Position numbers and translations under genes: made by a program
Shown: one piece after another, positions 12,466 to 25,442 of the stretch
Layout: every line of letters begins with the position of its first letter
Numbering within the stretch: the stretch's first letter is position 1
Assembly (NCBI GenBank): GCA_002269645.1
Contig: NIVC01001802.1
Span: 1-64,000, forward strand
Length of the DNA: 64,000 bases
Source of the DNA: Macrostomum lignano
Lineage: Eukaryota
Reading direction: 5' to 3'
The notes under the pieces: generated by a model
Databases searched by the model: none
Told to the model about the DNA's origin: nothing
Seen by the model: the letters and a program-made list of their open reading frames with translations, nothing else

Positions 12466-13031
12466 TAATCCTCTAAGATTGAATTTGCCTAAAGCCTAAA
12501 ATACTACTTAAACGGGCTTCCTTGCTTCAGGGGGAGCGGCCGCAACCCAAATGAGTTTCCATGCTTCAGGGTCTAGATGGAAAACTCTTTTAAAGAACAA
12601 AAGATCGTTCGCTTTTTCATGTTTTTTAGCATTATTCTGCCGCAAATTTCCAGTGCAAGAAGTATTGTTTGAGTGCAAACTTGCTTTAGTGCAAAAGGAC
12701 AACTTAAAACATGACAGTTAAGGAAAAACTTGGTACAGTTGCAGCGTGAGGACAAACAGCAGAAAGCTATCAGCTATCTTGTTTGATTCAGGCAAACCAA
12801 AAAAACCTTGTTTGCGACTGAAAAGTCTGGAAAATTATTTAAATGGCAAGGAATCGACGAGCAGCTCGATATACGAGTAAAAAGCCAGGAATGCTGCTGA
12901 CACTGCAGAAATTGCCATTGAATCCTAGATGTGCACAACCCTCCACCATACTGGTCCTTTGAGTTTATTCTCGTTCAATAAGATTTGAAGTCAGAGAACC
13001 CTATGATCAGCAATTGAACCCAATACAAAAC

Positions 13032-16000
13032 TCAGGTCAGCATGAGAATCTCCAGCTGCTTGAAGCTGTAGTACCATCCGTCAGTGATGTTTGTTGGAGC
13101 ATTTGAAGCCCAAACGATGCCCTTGGCTCGGTCTGCAGCTGACACATTCAGGGCTGTCGGGTAGTTGAAGTACCTGCCGAACGGACCGGAGTTGTGGCAG
13201 CATTTGTGCCACTGAGGCTGGTACCTTTGGGCACAGTTCTGTCCATTAATGCAGGTACTCAAGCCACGATCTCGAGTCTGAAACTGGATGTTCTTGCCAC
13301 CGAACAAGTTCTGGTGAAGACCTCCAGCAGGCTCAAACGTGAATTCAGACACCGTGTAGTTGGTGCTCTCGGCCAGAATGAGCACGTTCAGGTAGTAGGC
13401 GTAGATGTAGGTGTCGTTCCAGTACAGCAGGTCGACGCGGAACCGGTTGATGCTGGGCTGAGCGCTGGTCCGGGCGTGCAGCCACTCGAGGCCTGTTTGT
13501 GAGAAAATTTTACATGGCTTACTTTAGAATTTCCCATTAGAATTAATAAGCAACACTTGTTTGTCCCCATTTATCTTTTACTTTACAAAGCTTTTACACA
13601 GCTACTTGAGCTGCACAAGGCAAACACATTTGGTCTTTGACAAACGAGAATATTTCATGTTATCGCTTGCCTCATCTTCATCAGATAAGTAGAGCTTTTA
13701 ATATTCCAATATCCTATTTTAATATGGGCAGTGTTGGGCACCAGTCCGTTAATAAGCGTTAATCCGTTAGTAAGCGTTAATAAGCGTTAAGATTTTTCAT
13801 TAACGTTAACGGACTGTCGTTAAGATTTTTTTGAACTAACGGATTAACGAATTTGCGTTAAAAAATTGTGAATTAACGATAAATTCATCGTTAACGGTAG
13901 TGTCTATGTCAATGACCAAAGACGCAAAGAAGGAACGAAAAATAGAAGTCTTACAAGAAGTTTAAACATTACGAACGTATTTGAGCTTACCTATATGCCT
14001 AAATATAATCTCTTTATCTATGACGATGATCATACAGACGTACATGTAATTAACAACTTCTTACAAATAAACTTTAAAATAATGAATTAAAATAGTGTGA
14101 AACTTTATTTCTTGCGCGTGAGCATCGATCGCTTTGATTCACTTCTGTCCCAATCTTTCGCAACTTTCTGCTGCGCCTGCTAATGGTACTGAAACAACCT
14201 TCGATGCGTATTTAATTATGAATTTCTCGTTATTAGCTTTTAAGTTTCAAATAAAATAAGTTACTTTTTTACCATATGCTTTACTTTTAGTAGTATTATG
14301 CATGCAAGTTTTTAAAATGATTATTTATTACTTTTTTAGCTTTCAAATCGCTTAGATGACCTCCGTGTTTCGCTAAAAAGATGGAATAGCAAAGACGTGC
14401 AATACGAAGTCTGTTTTGGAAAAAACGTGCAAGATTTCCGTATTTTCTGTGTTAACTTTAACGGATTAACGATTATCAGTTAACTTTTAGTTAACTTAAC
14501 GAAATTAGGAGTTAAAAAGTTAAGATTTTTTTGTTTTAACGCTAACGCTTTTGCTATTAACGGAAGTTAATATTTTCATTAACGGTGCCCAACACTGAAT
14601 ATTGGAAGAGAAATCTAAAAGTTTTGAACATGCAGAATACTTTTAGAGTAGCTTTGAGTGCTGAAGTAGAATATGTAATAGTTGCTAAAAAATTCAAAGT
14701 TTCTTATAAATTAGATAAATTCAATTTTCAAAAAAACGTTTTTTCAAGTACATATCATATTTCTGAATTCCGAAAGTATTCAAAATTACCAATGATCTCA
14801 ATAAGTTAAAAAATAAATAATACTTACTTTCTACTATGAAAAACACAGTGCGCATACGACCAGAAACTCAAGTAAAAGAGCCCCAAGTGACTCACCAGTA
14901 AAGTAGTTGCCGTGATAAGTGCCGAAGCCGGTCTTTTACTCGGCCCAGAGCCGGTCGAAGCTCAGCGCGTCCGACACTCGCAGGTTGACGGTCTGGAAGC
15001 ACTGCTGAGTGCCCACAGTGTAGAACTCCTGCGTTTGCGGTTTCGTGAAATCTTTAAAGTTTTCTTATGATAGAAATCAATGTGGACTGTCAGAGATGTT
15101 AGCTGTTGATCCAGAAAGCAATCAAAATACTTTTACAGCCTTGTTTAAATTAAACTCATGCAACAAAAGCATTTATAACTGCTAGCAACTTTAAAATAAC
15201 TATTGGCATAAGACTTATGGAATCCTTGAACAAACACTTTCGGTGGCATCGGACGTCCAGCAGCGTTGAGGCAGCTACATGTATGACTCAAGGACGACTC
15301 AAGTAAAAGCACGGGAAACCTCGATTCCTGAAAAATTTTTGAAAGCAGGTTTTTCCGAAAAAATGTTTTCGTTTTTGTTAGGAGGCAGATCCAGTGTTCC
15401 TCTTTTGATATTTTGTGTCTTTCTTGTTGCTCTATCGATATTCTGTAGCTTTTCGTTAAGAAAATTAGGATTCTATGCTCTTTTCTTATTCTATGTGCAT
15501 TTCCTGTACCTAAAAATCATAAAAATGCTTGGCACAGCTCCAATTTTTGGTTTTCTGAATCGATTTTATAATCTCTGTTAAGCATACTCCGTATTTAAAC
15601 AGTCAGCTAAGAATAACAAAATACACTAATAAAACCAAAGAGCAGAGCTGTGCCATTTTAATGGTTTTTAGGCACAAGACACGTGCAAATTTACGTGGAA
15701 TTAAAAAGAGCATAGAATACTATTTGTCTGAACGAAAAGCTTTATGAATATCGATAGAGCAATAAGAAAGCAATAACAACATATCAAAATATGAACACTG
15801 GATCTGCCTCCTATTAAAAGCAATAATAATTTTTTTGCTAAGAAATGAAAAGTTTCTATCTCCGCAGTGTATTTTTTGGAAAAACCGGCCTTCAAAATTT
15901 TTCCAAGAAACGAAGTTTCCCGTCCTACTTAAGTCGTCCTTGGTATGACAGTTACACTGCTGACTCCTAAGCTCATAGGCTCGTACATTTATTTAAACTG

Positions 16001-17696
16001 AGAGATGCTGTACGCAGGAACGCCACTCAAACACGCGTGCACACAGGATGAAATTCTAACTGTCACGCATGTGTCTGTGAAGTGTCGGCACGCATGTGTC
16101 TGTGAAGTGTCGGCACGCATGTGTCTGTGAAGTGTCGGCACGCATGTGTCTGTGAAGTGTCGGCCGGCATGTGTCTGTGAAGTGTCGGCACGCATGTGTC
16201 TGTGAAGTGTCGGCACGCATGTGTCTGTGAAGTGTCGGCCGGCATGTGTCTGTGAAGTGTCGGCACGCATGTGTCTGTGAAGTGTCGGCACGCATGTGTC
16301 TGTGAAGTGTCGGCACGCATGTGTCTGTGAAGTGTCGGCACGCATGTGTCTGTGAAGTGTCGGCACGCATGTGTCTGTGAAGTGTCGGCCGGCATGTGTC
16401 TGTGAAGTGTCGGCACGCATGTGTCTGTGAAGTGTCGGCCGGCATGTGTCTGTGAAGTGTCGGCACGCATGGGTCTGTGAAGTGTCGGCCGGCATGTGTC
16501 TGTGAAGTGTCGGCACGCATGTGTCTGTGAAGTGTCGGCCGGCATGTGTGGAAATCAGAGAAAAGACCCCTCAGCTAATTTCTCAGAACAAGGCCAAATT
16601 AATGCGGCCGCACACAGAATCGAACCAAGGCCCAAGGGTCGTGGCGCGCGAGCCGCTGAGCTGCTCAGAGAAACTGCTCGCTGGCACAGAAACCGAACCC
16701 GGAACATCCGGAACTCGATCGTCATTAATGCAGACATGCTTTACTCAGCAGTGACGTGACACCAAAAAGCTTCCTTTCCCAACACTCACATAGACGGCCA
16801 GCTCAGAGCTGTTCGGAGGCTGCTCGAACCAGCGGCACAGCGGGTAGTCGATGAGCAGAGAGCAGTTGCTGGAGTTGAATACAATCCCGCGACAGTCCGG
16901 CACCTCGCTGCACTTGTCAACGCAGCCAACGAGCGATGAGACAGCCGACTGGTGCTGAAGAAAGGCGGCGATAATCTTCACCGAGTTGCTGGGAATATGG
17001 ACCCGCTTGTGCGTCACGTTCCGGTCCACCAGGTACGCTGTGAAATATGTATTTTGGGGATGGATTTGATGGGCAATAAGGTGAGAAAAGCTAGCGTCAG
17101 CGTTGAAACTGGCTGGATTGCATCAACCTTTCCATGCTTATGCTAGAACCCATCGCTTAAACAGACCACAGGTGTAAGACTAGGTTTTCATCGAAAAACT
17201 CACCAAGTAGGCGTGCGGCGTCGGTGCCTCTGAGCAGCTGCTGCTCAAAGTCGCCAGCCTTCCAGATCTGCACACCGTCCTCAGGCCGAATCTCCCTGGC
17301 AACAAAGCTGCTGCTGCTCAAGCCCGGCTCGCTCGCATTGTAGATGACGAGCACCTGGCATTCGAGGATCGCGGCTTTTTTGACGACTGCGACAGCGCAG
17401 GACGTTGCCCAGCACTTCCACAGGCAGAGAACATCTGATCGAACACCCGTATCGTTGAGCAGCTCGCTGCTCACGTAGCTTCCGATGCCGATGAAGCCGC
17501 TGGTCACCCGATCGTAGAGACCTCCGGTGAGGGCGCTGAGGTCTGCGGCGGAGACCACAGCTGAAAGGGGTGTGAGTGAGCAGTGAGTGAGTAGAGTCTC
17601 TCCGTCAAGGTGGCACCATTTTCATGCAGACTCACCCGTGAGCAGCTGGCACAGAAGCAGCTGCAGCGGCTCGGACCGCTTGGCTGTCAGCTTCAT
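13032..17696 (-). CDS. Secreted SP-PAN/apple-PAN/apple-FReD protein (420 codons; exons 17696-17636, 17560-17204, 17037-16790, 15028-14896, 13492-13032) with an in-frame TAA at 14938-14936
   Basis: All junctions are GT-AG with compatible phases (1,1,0,1). N-terminus MKLTAKRSEPLQLLLCQLLT. Two C-x3-C-x(4-5)-C...C modules (CLWKCWATSC; CVDKCSEVPDC). FReD motifs SFDRLWAE*KTGFG and GLEWLH...FRVDL. Confidence 0.7.
13729..14597. mobile_element. Non-autonomous hAT-like element
   Basis: TIR CAGTGTTGGGCAC / GTGCCCAACACTG; imperfect 8-bp TSD aatatggg/aatattgg; many subterminal cgttaa/ttaacg motifs. Confidence 0.8.
15283..15948. repeat. Foldback element: degenerate ~260-300-bp inverted arms (15283-15540 and 15645-15948)
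   Basis: Matching pairs include caaggacgact/agtcgtccttg, ggaggcagatccagtgttc/gaacactggatctgcctcc and ggcacagctc/gagctgtgcc. Confidence 0.8.
16064..16548. repeat. 25-bp minisatellite, about 19 copies
   Basis: Unit gcatgtgtctgtgaagtgtcggcac. Confidence 0.95.
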
Positions 17697-20079
17697 CGCA
17701 GGCAGCTGAGTTGCTGGGCAGATTTTACAGTCAGCGATCGGCTCTGCTGATGCGAGATGATCCGCGATGGAGCTCAGCTCCTGATGGGGCTCCTGAAATA
17801 TGGGATTCTGCTGATATCTAATATATGATAGCTGATAAATACAAGCTGGTTGCCAAGCGCCTGACAAACCGCCCCTCGCCTCTCTTTCCCGGCGGCCCCG
17901 CAGTGCCCAGTTATGGAGCACAATGGCCCAATCAGGGAGCTAGGTACCGAGCCACTGTGCGCTCATGCCGAGTCCCTTTGCTATGCAGACAGTTGGCCAC
18001 CCAGTGGTCGCTCCCCATCTCCCTCCCCACCTCCCACTTTCCCTGTCTCTCTTGCCCGCATCAAATGACCCGCTAGCAACAGCATGGCAACCAGCAGCAG
18101 TCCCCGAGCCAGAGAAGCGCTGCCCCATCACATTAATAATGCACCCACCTGGCCTTCTGCTCACTGAACGAGAATTCTGCATTCAATTAATGATGGAGCC
18201 CCGACCAGGTGCTGCTGGGAGGCGGGTCCGGAATCCATAAAAATTTGCAAACCCCTGCCCGCATTGAACGGCAGCAAAAGTGGATTAAAAAACTGATGCG
18301 AGCTTTGTGAAGATGAGCTCTGTTGACTTTGACTGCCGTCATTTGCCTGTGCGGCTCTGCCAAGTATTGACAGCGCGCTCACATTTACGGAGGGCTGGGC
18401 ACGCCTGTGTAGCATGGGACAGACCAGGCTTACAACCCCTCTGTTCCGGTGCAGGAATTGCAGGAGAAATTACTCCAAGCTTACTCAGGGACTCACAAGT
18501 CGACCCGGGGGTTCCCGTCACGCATGTGTTCAGGGCAGCTCTAGGACTGCTGGACTGATTGGGCTCTGGTGGCGGAAATCCATCCATTAGCCTTGGCTTC
18601 TGTCTTGTCCGTATTGGGTTCGGCTTCTACCTGTAAGTGAACCTGTGCGTATCTCTGGCCACGGCTTTGAGGAACAGATTTTGCCCTCTGACTTCTTAAC
18701 ATGATATGCGGCCAATCCGCAGGCTCCAGAGACAGCCTCCTTGTCTCTCTTAAAGGCCCAGTGCAGCACCACAATGATGGATCTTTGGCTTTTGGCCAGG
18801 GAGTTTCTCTGTTGCTGGCGGTCGGGCTGGCAAAGGCTTGGGCCACCCCCGGTCGCTATCTTTTGGCTGCTGTTGGGTTTGGGAATATGGCCCAGCAGCT
18901 TCTCACCTTAGTCCCCATTTGCTTTGCAGCGACAAATGGAGTAACAATGTATAAACGCCGCTTCCCTTGATGTTGCTGGAACCCCCACCGAGGATGGTAC
19001 CGCGGCTCAACCGGACATTTGTAGCACCGGAACATCCGTCTCTTCTCACGCCAACAACCTTGTCGGACAACACGGTAGCGGGCGCTACATCTCTAAAAAG
19101 AGGCTCATAGCATCGCCCGCTTCTAGGATTTCCGCCGGCGCAAAGCCGAAGCCTACATGCGAAAGGGGGGCTCCGCGCGTCAGCTGGATCCTCCCTCGGC
19201 GGGACCTCTGATCGTGAGGAAACTTTGGAGAGATCCAAAGCAAAAGCTTTTGGCCAAACCCATTAAGCCGAATAACCCACAAACCCACCTTAGAAGAGGA
19301 CGAGCGTCGAAGACCAGGCAGTTCACATCCAACCTGCCGACCGCCAGTCTGGGCGGTAGCTTCTCGAGATACTGTTCAAAGCTTTCGAATGTTGTGCGGA
19401 GTTGAGCGACCCCAGACACATCGGCACCGTGCTTTGATTCCGGCTCGCAGCACCATTAACAACGCCGACGAACTAGTGTTGCCAACTAATCTGGAACTAC
19501 CAGCAAATTGCGTCGTGGTCCCATGAGAACCGGAGAAGCGGAAACGGGCGAGTGGGAGATCTGCCGAGCCGAAACGCCGAATAAAAAGGAACCCCTGCGC
19601 GTCGCGATCCCTCTGAGGACCCGTCAGGCGCAAAGCCGCGAAATCTGCAGCAGCAGGCGGACGTGGGAACGGTCAAAAACCCGCCCGGATGTTTTCTAAG
19701 CGTGGCTGTTTGCGGTCTGCACGAACGGAAGCAGAAAATACAGCACATGTACCAGGGCATGCTACGAGTACTATATGGTCAACGTACAAGCGATACGGCA
19801 ATCAGATTCTGGCCAGCAGTTAAAACTAGACCGGTTCAGCTGGCCTAGGAATTGATGTTCAAGCATACTGCAAGCACGCCTAATGCCAGGCGGCTATCAG
19901 AACTGCACAGAAAAATTGTGCAGGCAAACCCAAGCAAGATGCGATCGATATGCTTGGCTGCGGCAAAGCGAATATAACGCCATCAGAGGTGGAAGGTATA
20001 GCTATAAAAGTAAAAGGTCGCCAAGAAACTTCGTCTGGGATATTTTTGCTTGCGCTTGAACGGCAATACTAAAACACAC

Positions 20080-22315
20080 ATGAGTTCCGCAGCCCAAGTG
20101 GCAGTGGCTGCACTGCTTCTAATTTTCTGCTCGCTGGTAGCTGCTCAGCTTCCTCAGAGAGCTTCAACTGCCTCATCCAAGCCGCGCTTTGTGACCCAGC
20201 TCAACGTGAGCGGCTGTCCGCTGGTTGTATACGACTCGGGAGAGCATGCACTGGAGATCGAGCCTATCATGTGCGTCACTGGTGCCATCGAAAAGCAGCC
20301 TTTGAAACTCGATCTGATTTCGCAGATTTTGTACATCCGAGTCCCCATGCTTCTATGGGATGCCGACATGCTTGCCCAAGCTGGGCTGCAGCTGCGAAAC
20401 GTTTCTCTAAAGCCCGTTCGCTTCGCTACTGTCACTAATATAGGAGCTGTGGCAACCAAGTCTAGCGTTATTGGGTTCGAGTGGAGTTCAAATCACTCGG
20501 CTGGTGTTCTGAAAATAGGAATAAATAACACAGAAGCGGCTCTGATGATGATGACGTGAGTGTATTTAGAGTCCTTTTTGGTAGAAAAATATTTTAGGCA
20601 ATTTTTGACAAAACCAATATTAAACTAATCAATTTCTAGACGAGAAACGTCGCCTACCGACGCCTTAGACCAGGTGCAACTCAAGGTCACCATTTTATCA
20701 AATCGCAAATTTCGACAAGTCACTCTGCGCCCAGTGGCGCGAAACCGCGGATTCACGGAACTGTCTCTCTTAAGTGCCAGATACGAATTGGAAACTTGCT
20801 CAGACATTAAATTTGTACTTTTAATGCACCACAGAAACCGTCAAGTTCGAGTATTTCAGCGACTCGATTCTAGGGGTGCCTATTATATTGAGCCTCTACT
20901 CTGGAGCGTCGATAAGTCAACATACGGACCAGTTGAATATGACTACGGCAGAAACATGCACTACCTGAAGCTGGATCTCGTGCTGCAAGATGAGGCCACA
21001 CTCGATGCCGTGAGGACACAGCTGGCCGAATTGTCGCCTCGCTCAGTCGAGTTTATGCGGCTGTGGGCTGTTGAGAGATCGGTGAGCTCTTTGTTGAGCT
21101 CTCGGTTCGAGGTCGGTCCGCTGATGGTGTCGGCAGACTGGAAGTTCGCTCAGCTGCGGCTGTACTGCAGGAGTATAAAACAGTGCACCAATCTGAAGTA
21201 ATTATTGCCTCTATAGTATTATGTCCGGATTTTTTAGTATTTTAAAACAAAAAACCATAAAACTACAACACATTTTAGGTCCAATGTAATGACAAAAGAT
21301 CCATTTGCTTTTTGGTATCATATCAATTGGCATCCAACGTCAATTGTTAATTCGGATTGCCTCTTCAAGTCGGACTCGACCGTCTCCTCTGGGAAGACGG
21401 AAAGCTCCACCGACGCCATCAGTTGCAGCCGCTCCGCAAGCTGCGCCTATCTTCGCAGTCTTGCTCGGAGTGGAGACCTGAGTTTTGGCAAGCTAAAAAG
21501 GCTCGCAGATGGCAGATGGTTTTTCATTATACAGCAGAGAGTCTCGGCCGAGGAAAGTTTTCGGCGCACTCTGGCGTCGTACATCCGCGGATTCGGGAAT
21601 GAAAACAACTTCTGGATCGGTACGATGTCTCAACATTAAAAAGTTTTTCTTTATTGTTTCTGTATGATAAAATCTGAGTTGCTTTTGAGAATCTTTTGTC
21701 AGACTTATCTTGGCTTAGCCGCGGCAAGAGTCCCAGGGGCTACCAGTGTAAAAATGAAACTACACGCGAAATTCAGCGTTCAAATATTGTCAGTGCTTTC
21801 AATTCTTCTAAATACTATTAAACATTTCAAATCGCACCAGCCCATAAAAAGCAAATCAAATATTAACAAACGTGAATTCGCCCTTCATTGACATTGCAGG
21901 TCTGAACAGAATTGCCTCGCTTACCGACGGCGGCGCCACCCTTCGAGTGGAGATGAAGCTGTGGAACGGCACCGAGTGGTACGCGGAGTACTCGAACTTT
22001 ACAGTTGAAGGCGTCGGCTCCATGTATCGGATGACGTACCGTGAGATGCTGAGGGACAAGTCTAACGCCAAACACGATGCAATGCAGTACCACAAAGGCA
22101 TGCAGTTTTCTACCATCAATGTGGACAATGACAGAGACCGTAGGAAGTCCTGCTCCAATGCATATGGCGGAGGTGGCTGGTGGTTCAATAGCTGCTACCA
22201 TTTCAATCCAAATGGGCTGTTCCCGACCAGCCCGACAATAAACCTGAAGTACATGCTGTGGCACTCTGACAGATGGATGTCCATTCGGCTTGTGCGGCTG
22301 ATGGTGCAGTTATGA
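20080..22315 (+). CDS. FReD gene A: signal peptide, two copies of an unassigned domain, linker, fibrinogen C-terminal domain (about 596 aa; exons 20080-20555, 20640-21197, 21279-21619, 21900-22315)
   Basis: Phases 2,2,1 join without stops. FReD motifs IIQQRVS...F.RTLASYIRGFGNENNFWIG|LNRI...LRVEM...FST.NVDND...GGWWFNSCYHFNPNG. Confidence 0.85.
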
Positions 22316-22551
22316 TCTGATGCTTAACACGACACGAACAAGTTCAAATCGGGACATGTCGATATGATTAAACTTCCGCGCAAACTTGACGCAATAAAAT
22401 AAAGGAAGCGATTGTTTAATCGCTGTTCTCAGATTTACCGTTTTCAAAACAGAACTGCAATATTAAGATTAAGCTGTTTCCTGTTTTTCACTTACATTAA
22501 AAAGTTTATTTGTATCTTTGTTTAGGTTTTCAACGCAAGGATGCGTTAAAC

Positions 22552-22750
22552 CAGGGGGTGGCAAAAATTTTTATCTCAAGGGCCAGATAAAAATCCAGCT
22601 CATTGCTGCGCACGAGATGAGCGAGAAAAGAGAAGAGAATGGGGAAAGTGAAGAAGAAAGAGATGACATATGACAGAAGAGAGAGGAGTGGGGAGAAAAG
22701 ACACAAATAAGAGGGCCGGATTGCTATCGTGAACTTTCAAAAAACCCCTG
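22552..22750. mobile_element. Degenerate hAT-like MITE
   Basis: CAGGGG...CCCCTG ends; flanks cgttaaac/tgttgaac match at 6/8 positions. Confidence 0.5.
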
Positions 22751-23386
22751 TGTTGAACAAACAGCTTTATAAAACTTGCAATTTTGATTAGAAGGTCATC
22801 AAGTCCAGAAAAATGCGTTTGTACATGTATATGAAGTAGTTTTGGAAATCGATGATTCCCACTTCGAGCGGAAAACTGGCTTCAAGCCCACAAATAGCCG
22901 GTGCAGATGCTTTCTGCAACTTGCAAGAGAAGCACGCGAGTAAACATCAGATACGGTGAGGAAGCCGCTACAGCTTTAGACGCTAAATTTGAAACGAACG
23001 AAGCTTTGCACCAAAATGAACTTGCGAATTGGAAAACATCATGTGACTCTAAGACGCACGTGCGCAACAAGCAGTGACAGACAAGGCAAGTCACAAATAA
23101 CCAATTCACCTAAGCAAACGGCTGAAAATATCAAATTTCAGTCCATTTTTTTGTATATTTGCCCTTAAATTTTACTCGTGAAAGTAGGTGTATCAGGCAA
23201 TTACGAAAACAGCAAAACTTATTTGACTAAGACTTGACAACACAATCTTGATCTGGCATTCGCTGGTATATAATTAGCACTATAAATTAAAAAATTTCAA
23301 CGGCAAGATATTATTTATTAGTAAATTTAGAAGACAACTATATTGTTCGAATAGCAGGCACAGAAACCTTGAGGAAAGGCACTTCA

Positions 23387-25442
23387 ATGAAAATGTCACT
23401 CAAAAATGCAGCACTGTCACTGCTGTACTTCTATATGGGAATCAGCGGCCAGGTCTCCCAGTGCGCTCCCGCTGCCTCTTCTCTACGGCTCCGCTTCGTG
23501 GCGCAGCTCAACGTGAACGGCTGCGCGCTGTTCGTGCACGACACGGGAGCGAGCGACGGTCCGCACTTGGCAGTCGAGCCGCTCATGTGCGTGATGCGAA
23601 GCTTAAAGTCTCTGAGTCCGAAAGTGGACCTAATCACGCAGCAGATGTACGTGAGCATTCCTGTGTTGATGACGGATGATGGGATGCTGGCAGAAGCTCA
23701 GCGTCAGCTGCAACATCTATCACCAAAGTCTGTGACCTTTGCGGCTGTGTCAGAAGTCAATGCTTCCACAGATGCTAACTCCACTGTTCGTTCTATTGCT
23801 TTTATCTGGAGTCCACATGAGTCCGTTGGAGATCTAAGAATCGAAACAGATATGGACAGAAGTGCATATGAGCTCTCGTAAGTTTTGAAAAATTGGGTTG
23901 GCTCATATTTACAAATCATTATAGTGAAGATTCGAACAAACCTGAACCATCCTGCTCAGATCAGAACTGCAGCTATCATCGGTCGAATCCCTTCAGCGAA
24001 TTCGCTTATCGGCGAAGCTTTTTCTCAACGGAACCTACCAGACCTACCAGTACCGAGTATCGACTCAAAATCACAGCTTCTTTGACCCCAGTGAGTACAG
24101 ATTAAGGTACAGTCCCCTGCCTTCATGTCGACAACTGAGATTCATTCGTTCCATCAGTCTGGAGAACTGCTCTGTTCGAGTGCACCAGAGACTCGACATC
24201 AAGGGCCACTTCCTTATCGAGCCTCTGCTGTGCCACAACATCTCCAGCTTGAGCAGCGAGTCAATCAGATATGACTTCAGCCGCGGCAAATATTATCTCA
24301 AGCTGAACCTTTTAGTGCAGGATGAAGCATCACTTCAGACTGTGAGAACTAAACTGGCTGATTTTTCGCCTCTCTCAGTGGAGTTCATGCGGCTGTGGAC
24401 TGCTGAGAGATCGGTGAGCTCTTCGTTGAGTGCCCGGTTCGAGGTCGGTCCGCTAATGGTGTCGGCAAACTGGAGGTCCGCTCAGCTGCGGCTGTACTGC
24501 TCGTCCTTAAACCAGTGTGGCGCTGCCAGGTTGGCGCTGCAGTTAAATGCAATTTTTTAGTCCATATTGAATGACAGGAAAATTGCCTCTTGTTTTAGAT
24601 TTTCTGCTCTGTCGGAGCCTGTTGACTTGTGGCGACATCTAAAATGGCGGACATCCTCTCTGGTGGCGAATCAGTGCTTATTGATGTCCCATAAGCATCT
24701 TTCGTCTTGGAGAATGAAAACGATTGGCAGTTCGCCTTCCTGCTCAACCTACAACTCCTGCCGCAATATTCCCAGCCTATTGCGATCCAAAATTGTTTCC
24801 TTCGAGACGTTTCGCAGTTTACCTGACGGCAGATGGTTCGTGACCATCCAGCAGAGGGTGAGTGGAAGCGTCAGCTTCCAGCGAACGTGGGCGGAATACG
24901 AGACTGGCTTTGGCCACGACACCGACTTTTGGATTGGTTCGTTTTTTGTTATTTTAGTAAATGTATCCATCCTGAAATTGTATAAGGCCTAAGCTGTAGT
25001 TCCAGTAGCTTTTGTTGCAATTTCAGGTCTATCTGCGATTAGTCTGCTAAGCACAGGTGGCGTCACCCTCAGAGTGGAAATGAGGCTGTGGAACGGCTCT
25101 GAGTTGCATGCGGAGTACGCGGGATTCCAGGTGGGCGACGCCAGCTCCAGGTACCGGATGACGTACCGAGAGATGCTGCCGGAGAGGTGCACCGTCAGCT
25201 GGGACGCCATGGAGCACAACAATCGGTCCCGGTTTTCCACCATGGACACAGACAACGACAGGCGCAGTGAGTCGTGCTCCGACGGCTACGGCAAAGGTGG
25301 CTGGTGGTTCAACAACTGCATGCACTTCAACCCAAACGGGATTTTTTCCACCCGTGAGACTTCGGACGATGCGTACATGTCTTGGTTTTCGCGTCGCCGG
25401 TGGCTGGCACTTCGCCAAGTACGACTGCTGCTCCAGATTTGA
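23387..25442 (+). CDS. FReD gene B, paralogue of A (about 604 aa; exons 23387-23877, 23960-24529, 24599-24936, 25027-25442)
   Basis: Same exon phases as A. The acceptor at 23959 gives a frame that aligns residue-for-residue with gene C (LSAKLFLNG...[11 protein letters not shown]). FReD: [25 protein letters not shown]...[15 protein letters not shown]. Confidence 0.85.

Noticed and set aside
23893-24105. Apparent frameshift in FReD gene B exon 2
   Set aside because: Using the acceptor at 23959 instead of 23924 gives an open frame that aligns with genes A and C.
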